From a virus (lineage: Duplodnaviria; Caudoviricetes), in IMG/VR virus record IMGVR_UViG_3300009506_000033, positions 1 through 59,895 of that record: DNA of 59,895 bases; one strand, given 5' to 3'. A model generated the notes under the pieces. It saw only the letters and a list, made by a program, of their open reading frames with translations. It was not told the DNA's origin and did not search any database. The position numbers and the translations under genes were made by a program. Below are positions 17,611 to 25,967 of the stretch, piece by piece (the stretch's first letter is position 1; each line of letters opens with the position of its first letter).

Positions 17611-20418
17611 ATGGGGGATTTCCTAACTAAAGTATTGCCGTCGCAAGGTGTTTACTGTGTGGCGGTGCAGAAGCCGCAGGGATTGCGGCAGATTTTCGCA
17701 GACAGCATTGAGCAAGCGGTAAACCTGATACACACATGGGATAGCTACGGCTTCACCGTGTACTTTGCTACCGCATCATTCAAAGATAATTCGAGCCGCA
17801 AAGCCGAGAACGTCGCGTATTTGCGCGCGCTCAGGCTGGATGTGGACTGCGGTGAAGGCAAGGGCTACCTGACAAAGCGTGATGCGATCATCGCCACCAT
17901 GCACTTCTGTGAAGAACTGGGGCTGCCTACTCCTGTCATCGTGGACTCTGGCGGCGGCGTCCATGTGTACTGGCCGCTCACAGCAGATACAACCATCGAG
18001 AACTGGCTGACACCAGCCACACGGCTGAAGCAGGCCTGTCAGCTTTACGGGTTGAACGCTGACCACGCCATCACCGCCGACGCTGCCCGTATCCTGCGGC
18101 CTGTCGGTACGCATAACCGGAAGTACGAAGACCGCACGGTGACGCTGCTTGGCGATGCTGATGCCCACGCGCTGGCCGAACTTGACCACATACTGGCGAA
18201 GGCTATCGAAGCGTGTGGGGAGCAGCCACTTCGGGGCTTCGTGGAAGACAAGAACCTCAACTCCGACCTCATGGGCGGCATGGAGTACCCTGAGTCATAC
18301 GGTGAGCGCATTGCCGAACGCTGCAAACAGGTTGGCCTGATGCGCGATACCGGCGGTGACGTGGGGTACGAGCACTGGCGCGGCGTCATCGGCGTGCTGA
18401 AGCACTGCGTCGATGGTGAGGCACTGGCCCACGCATGGAGCGCGCGGCGTGAGGAAACCCACCACAGCCAGCTGGACGTTCAGCAGAAGTGGGATACATG
18501 GAGCGCAGGGCCGACAACCTGCGACTTCTTCCGCAAGCAGAACCCCAGCGGCTGCGAGGGATGCCCCCACATCAAGGCCACGTCACCCATCGTGCTAGGT
18601 CGCCCCGACCCTGAACCCACGGCGCAGCTGGAGATACCGGAAGCCCCGCCGGTTCCTTCCAAGGAAGTCGAAGTCCCGCCGGACTACCTGCCGAAAGGCT
18701 ACCGCCGCGCGACGGACGGCAAGCTGTACGTGAAGACCGACGACGGCTGGCGCGAGTTCAGCAAATACGATGTGCTCCCTGTGTGCATGGAGCGCGATGA
18801 CATTGGCGACATCGTCATCAAGCTGCACGTCATGTTCCCGATTGAGGGCCGCCGCGAACTGGAACTGCCGCTAGTAAAGCTGGCAGAACCTAAGGAGTTG
18901 AAGAAGCAGCTGTATAGTAAAGGGGTATGCCTACGCAGTGATGAGGACGTAAAGACAATGAGCGGGTACTTGATTAAGTATATCGACGAACTACAGAATG
19001 CTGCTGCTCCGATCCAGCTGTATCAGCAGATGGGTTGGACAGATAATAACCACTTCGTCTGGGGTGACAAGCTCCTCACCCCGACCGGCGAAGCCAAGGT
19101 CAGCCTCTCCTCCAGTGTGCCGGAAAGCATCAAGGCCGGGTTTACGACCAGTGGCACGCTGGAGGGCTGGCAGGCTGCGGTAGAGCCTTATAGCCGTCCG
19201 GGTATGGAAGGGTATGCCTTCGGCTTCCTGAGCGCGGCAGGGTCAGTCCTGCTGCCAATGACGCTGTATCGTGGCGTGGTGCTGAGCCTCGTGTCACCGG
19301 CACCGGGCGAAGGCAAGTCCACGGTGCAGAAAGCCATCAACAGCTTCTTCGGCGATCCCGCCCTAACCGCCCTGCAAGCCAAGGACACCGTACTCGCCCA
19401 GTACAACCGCCTGTCCATCTACCAGAACATCGCTGCCACCGTGGACGAGGTGACGGTGATGCAGCCCGATCAGCTGTCCGAGTTCGTCTACCAGATACCC
19501 CAAGGCCGTCAGCGGTTGCGCCTTACCCGCGACGCCAACGAGCGCGCGAATGCGCTGGAGTGGGCCACCATCGTGGTCACGTCCAGCAACCAGAGCCTCG
19601 TGTCCAAACTCGCCACCCTCAAGCATTCCGCTGAAGCTGAGTCGGTGCGCATCTTCGAGTATTACATCCGTCACCCACGCACGCTGAAGAAGTATGAAGC
19701 CGACCAACTGTTCGGCAAGTTCGACACGAACTTCGGTCACGCAGGCCCGCGCTTTGCCCAGCACGTCGCCCAGAACTGGGTCGAGGTCAATGCGCTGGTC
19801 AGCCAGCTTCAGGAAAAGATCGACCGCGAAGCCGACATCCAGAGCAAGGAACGGTTCTGGTCGGCGCTCATGGCCGTGAACATCGCGGGCGGCATCATCT
19901 GCAACCAGCTCGGCCTGACCAACTTCGACATGAAGGCGATCTACCGCTGGGCGATGGAGCAGCTGGCCCTGATGCGCGGCGTCACCGAGAGCACCGAGTC
20001 CGACGCGAAGGCGCTGCTCGGCCAGTACCTCAACGAAGTCCAGAACTCGATGCTGGTCATCGACAAGGCCCCCGACGCGCGGCGCGGCACCATAGCCAGC
20101 ATCCGGGTATCGCCACACAACGCGCTGCACTGTCGCGTCGAGCAGGAAACCGGCAAGGCGTGGATCAACCGGGAGCATATCCGCAAGTGGCTTATCGGGC
20201 GCATGGCCGACTACAACGAGGTGGTACGGATGCTCTCATCCGAGAAGGTCATCGTCCACACCAGCGTGCGGAAATCGCTGGGGGCGGGCACGTACTTCAC
20301 CACCACGCCGGTCGCCTGCTGGGAAATCGACCTCAACTCCACCCCCATCCACCTCGTCATCAACAACGACGATACCGCCACCGTGGTGCGCCACCCTGTG
20401 GCAGACCTGCCAACCTAA
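17611..20418 (+). CDS. DNA primase-helicase (RepB/AEP-like primase, DUF927-type helicase)
   Basis: LDVDCG, VDSGGGVHVYW, ARILRPVGTHN, C..C..C linker, Walker A GEGKST, Walker B TVDE. Confidence 0.9.
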   Translation: MGDFLTKVLPSQGVYCVAVQKPQGLRQIFADSIEQAVNLIHTWDSYGFTVYFATASFKDNSSRKAENVAYLRALRLDVDCGEGKGYLTKRDAIIATMHFCEELGLPTPVIVDSGGGVHVYWPLTADTTIENWLTPATRLKQACQLYGLNADHAITADAARILRPVGTHNRKYEDRTVTLLGDADAHALAELDHILAKAIEACGEQPLRGFVEDKNLNSDLMGGMEYPESYGERIAERCKQVGLMRDTGGDVGYEHWRGVIGVLKHCVDGEALAHAWSARREETHHSQLDVQQKWDTWSAGPTTCDFFRKQNPSGCEGCPHIKATSPIVLGRPDPEPTAQLEIPEAPPVPSKEVEVPPDYLPKGYRRATDGKLYVKTDDGWREFSKYDVLPVCMERDDIGDIVIKLHVMFPIEGRRELELPLVKLAEPKELKKQLYSKGVCLRSDEDVKTMSGYLIKYIDELQNAAAPIQLYQQMGWTDNNHFVWGDKLLTPTGEAKVSLSSSVPESIKAGFTTSGTLEGWQAAVEPYSRPGMEGYAFGFLSAAGSVLLPMTLYRGVVLSLVSPAPGEGKSTVQKAINSFFGDPALTALQAKDTVLAQYNRLSIYQNIAATVDEVTVMQPDQLSEFVYQIPQGRQRLRLTRDANERANALEWATIVVTSSNQSLVSKLATLKHSAEAESVRIFEYYIRHPRTLKKYEADQLFGKFDTNFGHAGPRFAQHVAQNWVEVNALVSQLQEKIDREADIQSKERFWSALMAVNIAGGIICNQLGLTNFDMKAIYRWAMEQLALMRGVTESTESDAKALLGQYLNEVQNSMLVIDKAPDARRGTIASIRVSPHNALHCRVEQETGKAWINREHIRKWLIGRMADYNEVVRMLSSEKVIVHTSVRKSLGAGTYFTTTPVACWEIDLNSTPIHLVINNDDTATVVRHPVADLPT

Positions 20419-20428
20419 AGGAGCAAAC

Positions 20429-20695
20429 ATGTGCATGATTTCCATGATCGGTGACGACTGGCGTCAACGGTTCCCCACCCAGTGGCCCCAATTCAACCCT
20501 GAGCAAGTCACGCGTGCTGAGTTTGAAGCGCTGCGTAAGGAAATGGAGGAGTTGAAGCAGCTGCTGCTTGCCGCCAAGAAGTACGACGAAGCCACAGGTC
20601 AGCCGGACTGCGAGGTGGATGAGAAGGTCGCGCTTATCAAAGCGGTCGCCAAGGCGGTCGGTGTTGATATGGATGCGGTGTTTCCTCGTGGCTGA
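20429..20695 (+). CDS. Hypothetical phage protein
   Basis: AGGAG SD; 88 aa. Confidence 0.75.
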   Translation: MCMISMIGDDWRQRFPTQWPQFNPEQVTRAEFEALRKEMEELKQLLLAAKKYDEATGQPDCEVDEKVALIKAVAKAVGVDMDAVFPRG

Positions 20696-20828
20696 CGGCC
20701 TCTACCGCGTCACCACCCCCTACCTTTGCGCAGGGTTCGTCGTCGAGGGCGGCAAGGTAACGCGATGCGCCCCCATCCTGCGGAAGCGTCTGGCTTACTG
20801 GATGACGGTGGCTAGTAAGGTTCCTTGA
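20688..20828 (+). CDS. Small hypothetical protein (46 aa)
   Basis: GTG 20688 overlapping the previous stop; LYRVTTPYLCAGFVVEGGKV..CAPIL. Its TGA overlaps the -35 box below. Confidence 0.6.
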   Translation: MADGLYRVTTPYLCAGFVVEGGKVTRCAPILRKRLAYWMTVASKVP

Positions 20829-20853
20829 CAGCCCAAGCCGTCCCACCTACAGT
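20825..20853 (+). promoter_or_regulatory. Strong sigma70-type promoter TTGACA-17-TACAGT
   Basis: Perfect -35 (20825-20830), 17-bp spacer, -10 TACAGT (20848-20853). No ORF lies between it and the terminator. Confidence 0.7.
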
Positions 20854-20859
20854 TCGTTC

Positions 20860-20942
20860 AAGGCTGCTGCGATTAGCTCCGCTTTCCTCCCTGAAAATGC
20901 AGCCTGCATTCGCCACCGCTCCCCCCAGCGGTGGCTTTTTTT
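20860..20942 (+). ncRNA. Candidate ~83-nt small RNA with anti-RBS loop
   Basis: Bounded by promoter and intrinsic terminator. Stem AGGCUGC (20861-20867)/GCAGCCU (20899-20905) encloses GAUUAGCUCC-GCUUUCCUCCC. Confidence 0.6.
20912..20942 (+). terminator. Rho-independent terminator at the convergence of the two genome arms
   Basis: GCCACCGCT-CCCCCC-AGCGGTGGC-TTTTTTT. Confidence 0.9.
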
Positions 20943-20945
20943 CGT

Positions 20946-21341
20946 TCAGCGGTTGGAGTTGAAGGCAACGACCGCTGCGTAATACATCTCGCACAGGTCG
21001 GATGGGTAGCCTGCCGAATACAGCGCCGCACGGAAGACCCGGTGGGCGACGTGGGCGGGGACAGGAGGGTTGTCACCCCGGCGCAGATAGTCGTGCAGTA
21101 CGCCCTCGGCAAACCCAAGGAACACACCTGAGCCGAAGTAGCGGATGACCATCGCCTGACCCACGACGGGGATGGCGGCCATCGCAATGGGGATGCTGGC
21201 CCCATCGGTGCGGAAATACTTGGGGATGGTGAACGTCCGGCCCGTAACCGCATCTTCGTACCGCCGCTCAGACAGAGTCATCCAAGGGAACTTGGCCCTG
21301 TCGTTGAGCAGCCGCACGTCGAGCGGGTCGAGGAACGACAT
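20946..21341 (-). CDS. DUF1353-like protein
   Basis: FTIPKYFRTDGASIP...VLHDYL signature. Confidence 0.75.
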   Translation of the reverse strand: MSFLDPLDVRLLNDRAKFPWMTLSERRYEDAVTGRTFTIPKYFRTDGASIPIAMAAIPVVGQAMVIRYFGSGVFLGFAEGVLHDYLRRGDNPPVPAHVAHRVFRAALYSAGYPSDLCEMYYAAVVAFNSNR

Positions 21342-21631
21342 TACTGTGCAGGCGGTGTAGGTGCCGAAACCGACTTGGTGCAGAGCTTCTTCCAGCCGTC
21401 GATCTTCTCAGGCGACGTACCGTACCGGCGCTGCCAAGCACCCATCGTGGGAGCTTCGCACACGCCCCACTCCGACACTTCCAGCTCGGCATCGGCAGCC
21501 TTCGCACCGTTGATGGCGACAGCCGATTTGACGATACCGTACTGGGTGCAGCCCGACATCGCAAACATGATGAGGAACGCCACCCCCAACAACCACATAA
21601 ACCGCAGGAACGTATTTACCCGGTGTGTCAT
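21341..21631 (-). CDS. Lipoprotein, possibly spanin-like
   Basis: Start ATG 21631 by ATGA overlap; signal peptide ending in lipobox MSG-C; located in the lysis cassette. Confidence 0.65.
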   Translation of the reverse strand: MTHRVNTFLRFMWLLGVAFLIMFAMSGCTQYGIVKSAVAINGAKAADAELEVSEWGVCEAPTMGAWQRRYGTSPEKIDGWKKLCTKSVSAPTPPAQ

Positions 21632-21972
21632 CCTTTTTTCCCTCCAAAATACGGCTTGGCGTAGCCCTCTACGACCATCACCTCGTTGACGTGAATCTCC
21701 ACCCCTTGATCCGATGTGACATAAAAATCTGCCAACCACCGGCCATACTTATCAGGCTTGTAGGTTTCAACTTTGGTCAAAGGCGCTTTGAACAGCGCCT
21801 CAATGCGCGCCGTGGCTTCGTCATGCCCCGACTGGTGGCGCTCAGGCGTGTCGATCCCGTACAGACGGAATATCTGAGTCCACCGGATATGGTTGCCCAT
21901 GTCGATGATGACCTCGATGGTGTCACCATCAAGGACGCGAACTACCGAGGCGTGCTGGTAGACGTAACTCAT
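21628..21972 (-). CDS. Thermonuclease (SNase-like) family nuclease
   Basis: VRVLDGDT, RLYGIDTPE, DKYGRWLA, VNEVMV.EGYA. Confidence 0.88.
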   Translation of the reverse strand: MSYVYQHASVVRVLDGDTIEVIIDMGNHIRWTQIFRLYGIDTPERHQSGHDEATARIEALFKAPLTKVETYKPDKYGRWLADFYVTSDQGVEIHVNEVMVVEGYAKPYFGGKKG

Positions 21973-22163
21973 TTCGGCGGTGCGGGCTGGTTGGCCACGG
22001 CGATGCGCAGGCCGGAGATGGCCAGCAGCTCCATCGTGCGCTGGATGGCCTCGCCCAAGTCCATGCCGCCCCCGGCGAAGGTAAACCAGACGACGCCGAT
22101 GCTGGAGATGACAGCCGCGTGGGTCTTGTAACCGGCAGCGAAGGTGTTGATGTTGAAGTTCAT
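21969..22163 (-). CDS. Holin-like small membrane protein
   Basis: GYKT..A..hydrophobic helix..GLRIA, immediately after the endolysin. Confidence 0.6.
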   Translation of the reverse strand: MNFNINTFAAGYKTHAAVISSIGVVWFTFAGGGMDLGEAIQRTMELLAISGLRIAVANQPAPPK

Positions 22164-22175
22164 TTCAGGCTCCTT

Positions 22176-22583
22176 TCAGGGATAGACAGAACGGCGCAAC
22201 TCGATGTGGGGGCCGTCGCGCTGTTTCCAGTCACCACCCCACACGATGTCGATGCCGAGCTTGGTGGCCACTTCCTTGATGTGGACAGCGGCCTTGGCGT
22301 ACAGCGGCCAGTCCCACCGCAACTGCCCGTTGACATAGCAGAGGAAGTCCACGGCGTGGCTGACGGGGCTGGTTCCGTACTTCGGGTCAGACGGTACTTT
22401 GGGGATGTGGCGGCTGTTCATCGTCCACGATGCGCCTGCCTTGACGAGCTGCGCCTGACGCTGGCGGGTGCGGGCAACCTCGCCAACCTCGATGTCCACG
22501 GGGCACTGCTTGGCGGCCTCGGTAAAGAGCTTCTGGAGGAGCGGGTGGGCTTTCTCAAGCCGCTGCATTGATCGAATGTTCAC
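22176..22583 (-). CDS. Endolysin, M15 L-Ala-D-Glu peptidase (T5 Lys-like)
   Basis: RT..RQ..L...GAS.TMNSRH, HAVD, WGGDW..RDGPHIEL. Confidence 0.92.
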   Translation of the reverse strand: MNIRSMQRLEKAHPLLQKLFTEAAKQCPVDIEVGEVARTRQRQAQLVKAGASWTMNSRHIPKVPSDPKYGTSPVSHAVDFLCYVNGQLRWDWPLYAKAAVHIKEVATKLGIDIVWGGDWKQRDGPHIELRRSVYP

Positions 22584-22592
22584 TGTATCTCC

Positions 22593-22688
22593 CTACTTGT
22601 TTAACAGGGCCACAAGCATTCCCGACATGAACCCTACGGCCACGCCGACCCAGAATGCGAACCAGACAAGCTCACTTGTGCCGCTCAC
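22593..22688 (-). CDS. 31-aa single-TM peptide (not in ORF track)
   Basis: GTG start; MSGTSELVWFAFWVGVAVGFMSGMLVALLNK*. Confidence 0.45.
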   Translation of the reverse strand: MSGTSELVWFAFWVGVAVGFMSGMLVALLNK

Positions 22689-22845
22689 GAGGATTTCGGC
22701 GGGCGATACGTTCGAGCCTGTTAAGTACCCGCGCCCGTGCGCTCTTGTTCCTGTTGGTTATCGGCGGTGTGGTGAGGTACACCAACACACCTATAGCCAG
22801 CATCAGCAGTGCTGCCAGTGCGATTGCGATAAGTGATTCATCCAT
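22672..22845 (-). CDS. Small TM protein with basic tail (holin/antiholin candidate)
   Basis: MDESLIAIALAALLMLAIGVLVYL followed by an Arg-rich tail. Confidence 0.55.
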   Translation of the reverse strand: MDESLIAIALAALLMLAIGVLVYLTTPPITNRNKSARARVLNRLERIARRNPRERHK

Positions 22846-22846
22846 G

Positions 22847-23020
22847 TCAATCACCATCTTCCCTATGAATGCCGTCCTTACTATAGAACACACACTCGGT
22901 TTTGTCAGGATACCCGCGCACTCTGCGCTCACAAAATGGTTTGGGCAGATACATCAACGGAAGTTCCTCGACTTTCACGTTGTTGAAGCACGTATCGCAC
23001 AGCGGCTTATCGGTATCCAT
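22847..23020 (-). CDS. 57-aa four-cysteine protein (not in ORF track)
   Basis: MDTDKPLCDTCF...FC...ECVF...GD*; fills the gap exactly. Confidence 0.5.
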   Translation of the reverse strand: MDTDKPLCDTCFNNVKVEELPLMYLPKPFCERRVRGYPDKTECVFYSKDGIHREDGD

Positions 23021-23028
23021 GACAACCC

Positions 23029-23358
23029 CTATCTACCTGTTTTAAGTTCCAGCTTCTCCACCTTCGCTTCGAGCTTGTCGACCCGCTTTTCAAGCCTGTC
23101 CACGTCTGAGTGTACGTTATTGAAGTCACGTGTAGCATCAGATATGCGATAGCCATCTGTGCGATCCGTTGATACTGTACTCTGGAGCGATGTTACCTTT
23201 ATCTCCATCACAGCTACCTGCTCACGCAATGCGATAAGCGTTGTACCTGTCCAAATTAGTAGCGCCACCACAACAGCCTGTGTAACAGCGCCGAAATGGT
23301 GCTCCCATCGTGTCACTTCCCTGTCTTGCATAGCCCACTCCCTAAATTTCTTTAGCAT
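23029..23358 (-). CDS. TM plus coiled-coil protein (lysis/holin-associated)
   Basis: One TM helix followed by RLEKRVDKLEAKVEKLE heptads. Confidence 0.7.
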   Translation of the reverse strand: MLKKFREWAMQDREVTRWEHHFGAVTQAVVVALLIWTGTTLIALREQVAVMEIKVTSLQSTVSTDRTDGYRISDATRDFNNVHSDVDRLEKRVDKLEAKVEKLELKTGR

Positions 23359-23382
23359 GATAAATTACTTATAGCTAACACA

Positions 23383-25152
23383 CTACCGCTTAGCATCTAA
23401 ATTCCACCGCACACTCGCTATATCGACCACCCACACGGTGGACGCCGGAGCCACACGCCATGTCTTCGTAGGGAACCCGGTATCGCCACCACCTATAACG
23501 TAGGTGTCAATGACGATGGTGCCGCTTCCCGGCGTCACGGTATAGCTGGCGGTAAGCCCTATGGTTGGCGGCAGCGGGCCGATGACGACTGTCCCGGCCC
23601 CCGGCTGCGTGGCGTGATTGAGTGTGTACGTGATGCTGGGCGGCATCGTGGTCAGCGCAACAGCGGCTGCACCGGGCGCGGCGTACTGGAACCCCGAATA
23701 GGCGGCGGTCGGTGCCAAGCCTGTGAATACGGCAGACCCCACCCCCGGTTGGGCGTAGTGATTGTCGATGGCCACCGTAGTCGGTGCGGCGGTAGAAATC
23801 GTAAGCGCAGCTGTTCCCGGTATAGCCAGTGTGCTGACCAAGGTTGCCGGTACGCTGCCTGCGAAAGTCGTCGCACCTAAACCCGGGGTCGCCGCGACAC
23901 TGCCTGTCGCCGCCGCAGTCGGTGCGTAGCTGGTGATCGTCTCCGAGCCCACGCCGGGGGTCGCCGCGACATTGGCCGTCGCGGCGATGGTTGGTGCATA
24001 GCGTGTTACCGACGCTGCGCCCAACCCTGCTGCTATAGATAATCCACTTGATACAAAGTAGTCAAAACCAATATCCCACGCTCCGGCAGCAGGCCACGTG
24101 TCGCCGTCAATGTCGGTAGTGAACAACGAGTAGAGGTTGGCGCCAGCGCCTCTAAGCGCCGAACCAGACGACAGGTGGAAGTCATTGGCCGCAGCGTTTA
24201 CGAAATCAGCCGATGTGATATTCCACACGCTGTTCGCACCCGGCGCATCATCACTGGTGCTGCTCGTCGCGTTGTTGGTGCTGGCCGCGTCGAATGTTGT
24301 TCCCCAGTTCGTTGTGTTGTTGTAGGAGACGCAGTTCTTGACCAAATGGGCAGCATTGTTGACATCGAATCCTGTGCCGCAGTTCGCGGCCACACAGTTG
24401 AATGCTTGATGCTGCTGCGAAGCATTAAAGCCTATACCCCTAGCTGCGCAGCTATACGCCAAACAGTTCATCGCGGTACTTGGCGACGAACCCACGGTAG
24501 CGGCCAGCATTATCCCTGCGCCAGCCCATGCTGTTGACGTTCCTATGCAAGAATTGATTGAACACCAATCCGTTCCCCTTACTCCGTACACATAGCCGCT
24601 GCTCCCTGTGTACCGGCCTTCGACGTACTCGAATACTACGAACATTTCCCCGGCCCTGAAAACGTCAGCACCAGCGTTGTACTGCCAGAAACCCGCACCC
24701 GGAATACCTCCATGACGATTGCCGGGGGCCACTGTGAGCTTCCTGTAGTGCGTCGCATCGACCGTACTGCCATTTACATACACGGCATCATTCAGACCGC
24801 TTGCCCAGTCGTCGTAGAACTCCCCAACAATTATGACGCCCGTATCGAGTGCGGCCCCTGACAGGGTACAGGTGGCCGCGCTGGTTCCCCCTGTCAGCAC
24901 GTCTGCTGTCGCCGGAGTACCGCTCGTGACATGGAATAGGATGTATGTCGAGCCATCTGTATCAATGACTGTGCCAGTTGCACCCGACCCAGTGAACGTA
25001 AGCGCCTCTCCAAGCACAAACGTCCCGGTGAATGTGGTAGCACCCCACTTTAGCGCCGTGGTGAGATTGCCTTGAAGGGCGGCTTCCCACGCGGTTCCAG
25101 TAGTGAAGTCTCCGCCACTAGCCCGAATGGTTTTGGTTACGGTGGTAGTCAT
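23383..25152 (-). CDS. Tail fibre/spike with right-handed beta-helix (pectin-lyase-like) domain and Ala/Thr/Pro repeats
   Basis: NC.A..C / NCVSYNN ladder, DFHLSSGS...TDIDGD...WDIG cap; C-terminal PG.G....T..APT repeats. Confidence 0.7.
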   Translation of the reverse strand: MTTTVTKTIRASGGDFTTGTAWEAALQGNLTTALKWGATTFTGTFVLGEALTFTGSGATGTVIDTDGSTYILFHVTSGTPATADVLTGGTSAATCTLSGAALDTGVIIVGEFYDDWASGLNDAVYVNGSTVDATHYRKLTVAPGNRHGGIPGAGFWQYNAGADVFRAGEMFVVFEYVEGRYTGSSGYVYGVRGTDWCSINSCIGTSTAWAGAGIMLAATVGSSPSTAMNCLAYSCAARGIGFNASQQHQAFNCVAANCGTGFDVNNAAHLVKNCVSYNNTTNWGTTFDAASTNNATSSTSDDAPGANSVWNITSADFVNAAANDFHLSSGSALRGAGANLYSLFTTDIDGDTWPAAGAWDIGFDYFVSSGLSIAAGLGAASVTRYAPTIAATANVAATPGVGSETITSYAPTAAATGSVAATPGLGATTFAGSVPATLVSTLAIPGTAALTISTAAPTTVAIDNHYAQPGVGSAVFTGLAPTAAYSGFQYAAPGAAAVALTTMPPSITYTLNHATQPGAGTVVIGPLPPTIGLTASYTVTPGSGTIVIDTYVIGGGDTGFPTKTWRVAPASTVWVVDIASVRWNLDAKR

Positions 25153-25943
25153 GCCGCTTTATCCAGAACCTTTGCGACAAGTTGCGCTTGCGTCAGCGTC
25201 ACCGTGCCACCAAGTCCAATAGCCGTATCAACATCGGCGGGTGCAAACGAGTAGCGGCGGCGTACAAGAATATCGTCTGTCTTCTCGCGCAGATCGTTGA
25301 AGAATGCCTGCCGCACCGTAGCCCGATCAAACGTAACGGTGAATACTCCCGCTGCGAATGACTGGATAATCCCACCGTTCTTCGTGATGGCTTCTTGAGC
25401 CTGTTGCGCCGTAATGGTCGCCGCACTCACGTCGATGGTGGCCGTATGAATCCCGGTGCCTTGATCGTATGCTGTCTCGGTAATGGCAACCCCAAGCAAT
25501 GCAGGGGATGCCCCCCAAAAGTTCTGCGACTGATAGGCGGCAGCGATGGTAATGTCGAACCGAACATCGTTCGTGGTGTTCGATACGACGGTGCCGCCCC
25601 AGTTCGTAATCCACGTCTGGACTTGCGCAAGCGTGATACCGTATTGGTTCAATGCGCCGGGAACGGTTTGGTACAGCGAGTACCGCGCCCCATCAAGTAC
25701 GGGGTCGGTTGCGATGGTCGTATACCCGAATTCCTGCTTCCAGCTATCACGCCGGTCTGCAATGGTTTGCTCCGATAATCCGGGACACTTGACGATAACG
25801 AACATGGGGAGTCCTTCTGCGGCTCCCCATGTGTGTCCGTCAGGCATGATTAATACAATGTCACCCTTCTTGTAGCAACCTTTCGTGTCCTTGGTCGGGT
25901 CTGGATTGGCGAAGCTCACGGCTTTTACCAGAAGTTCAGCCAT
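25149..25943 (-). CDS. Putative virion protein
   Basis: 264 aa ORF coupled to the fibre gene. Confidence 0.7.
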   Translation of the reverse strand: MAELLVKAVSFANPDPTKDTKGCYKKGDIVLIMPDGHTWGAAEGLPMFVIVKCPGLSEQTIADRRDSWKQEFGYTTIATDPVLDGARYSLYQTVPGALNQYGITLAQVQTWITNWGGTVVSNTTNDVRFDITIAAAYQSQNFWGASPALLGVAITETAYDQGTGIHTATIDVSAATITAQQAQEAITKNGGIIQSFAAGVFTVTFDRATVRQAFFNDLREKTDDILVRRRYSFAPADVDTAIGLGGTVTLTQAQLVAKVLDKAA

Positions 25944-25967
25944 TTGGCTCTCTCCCCCTGCATTGAG

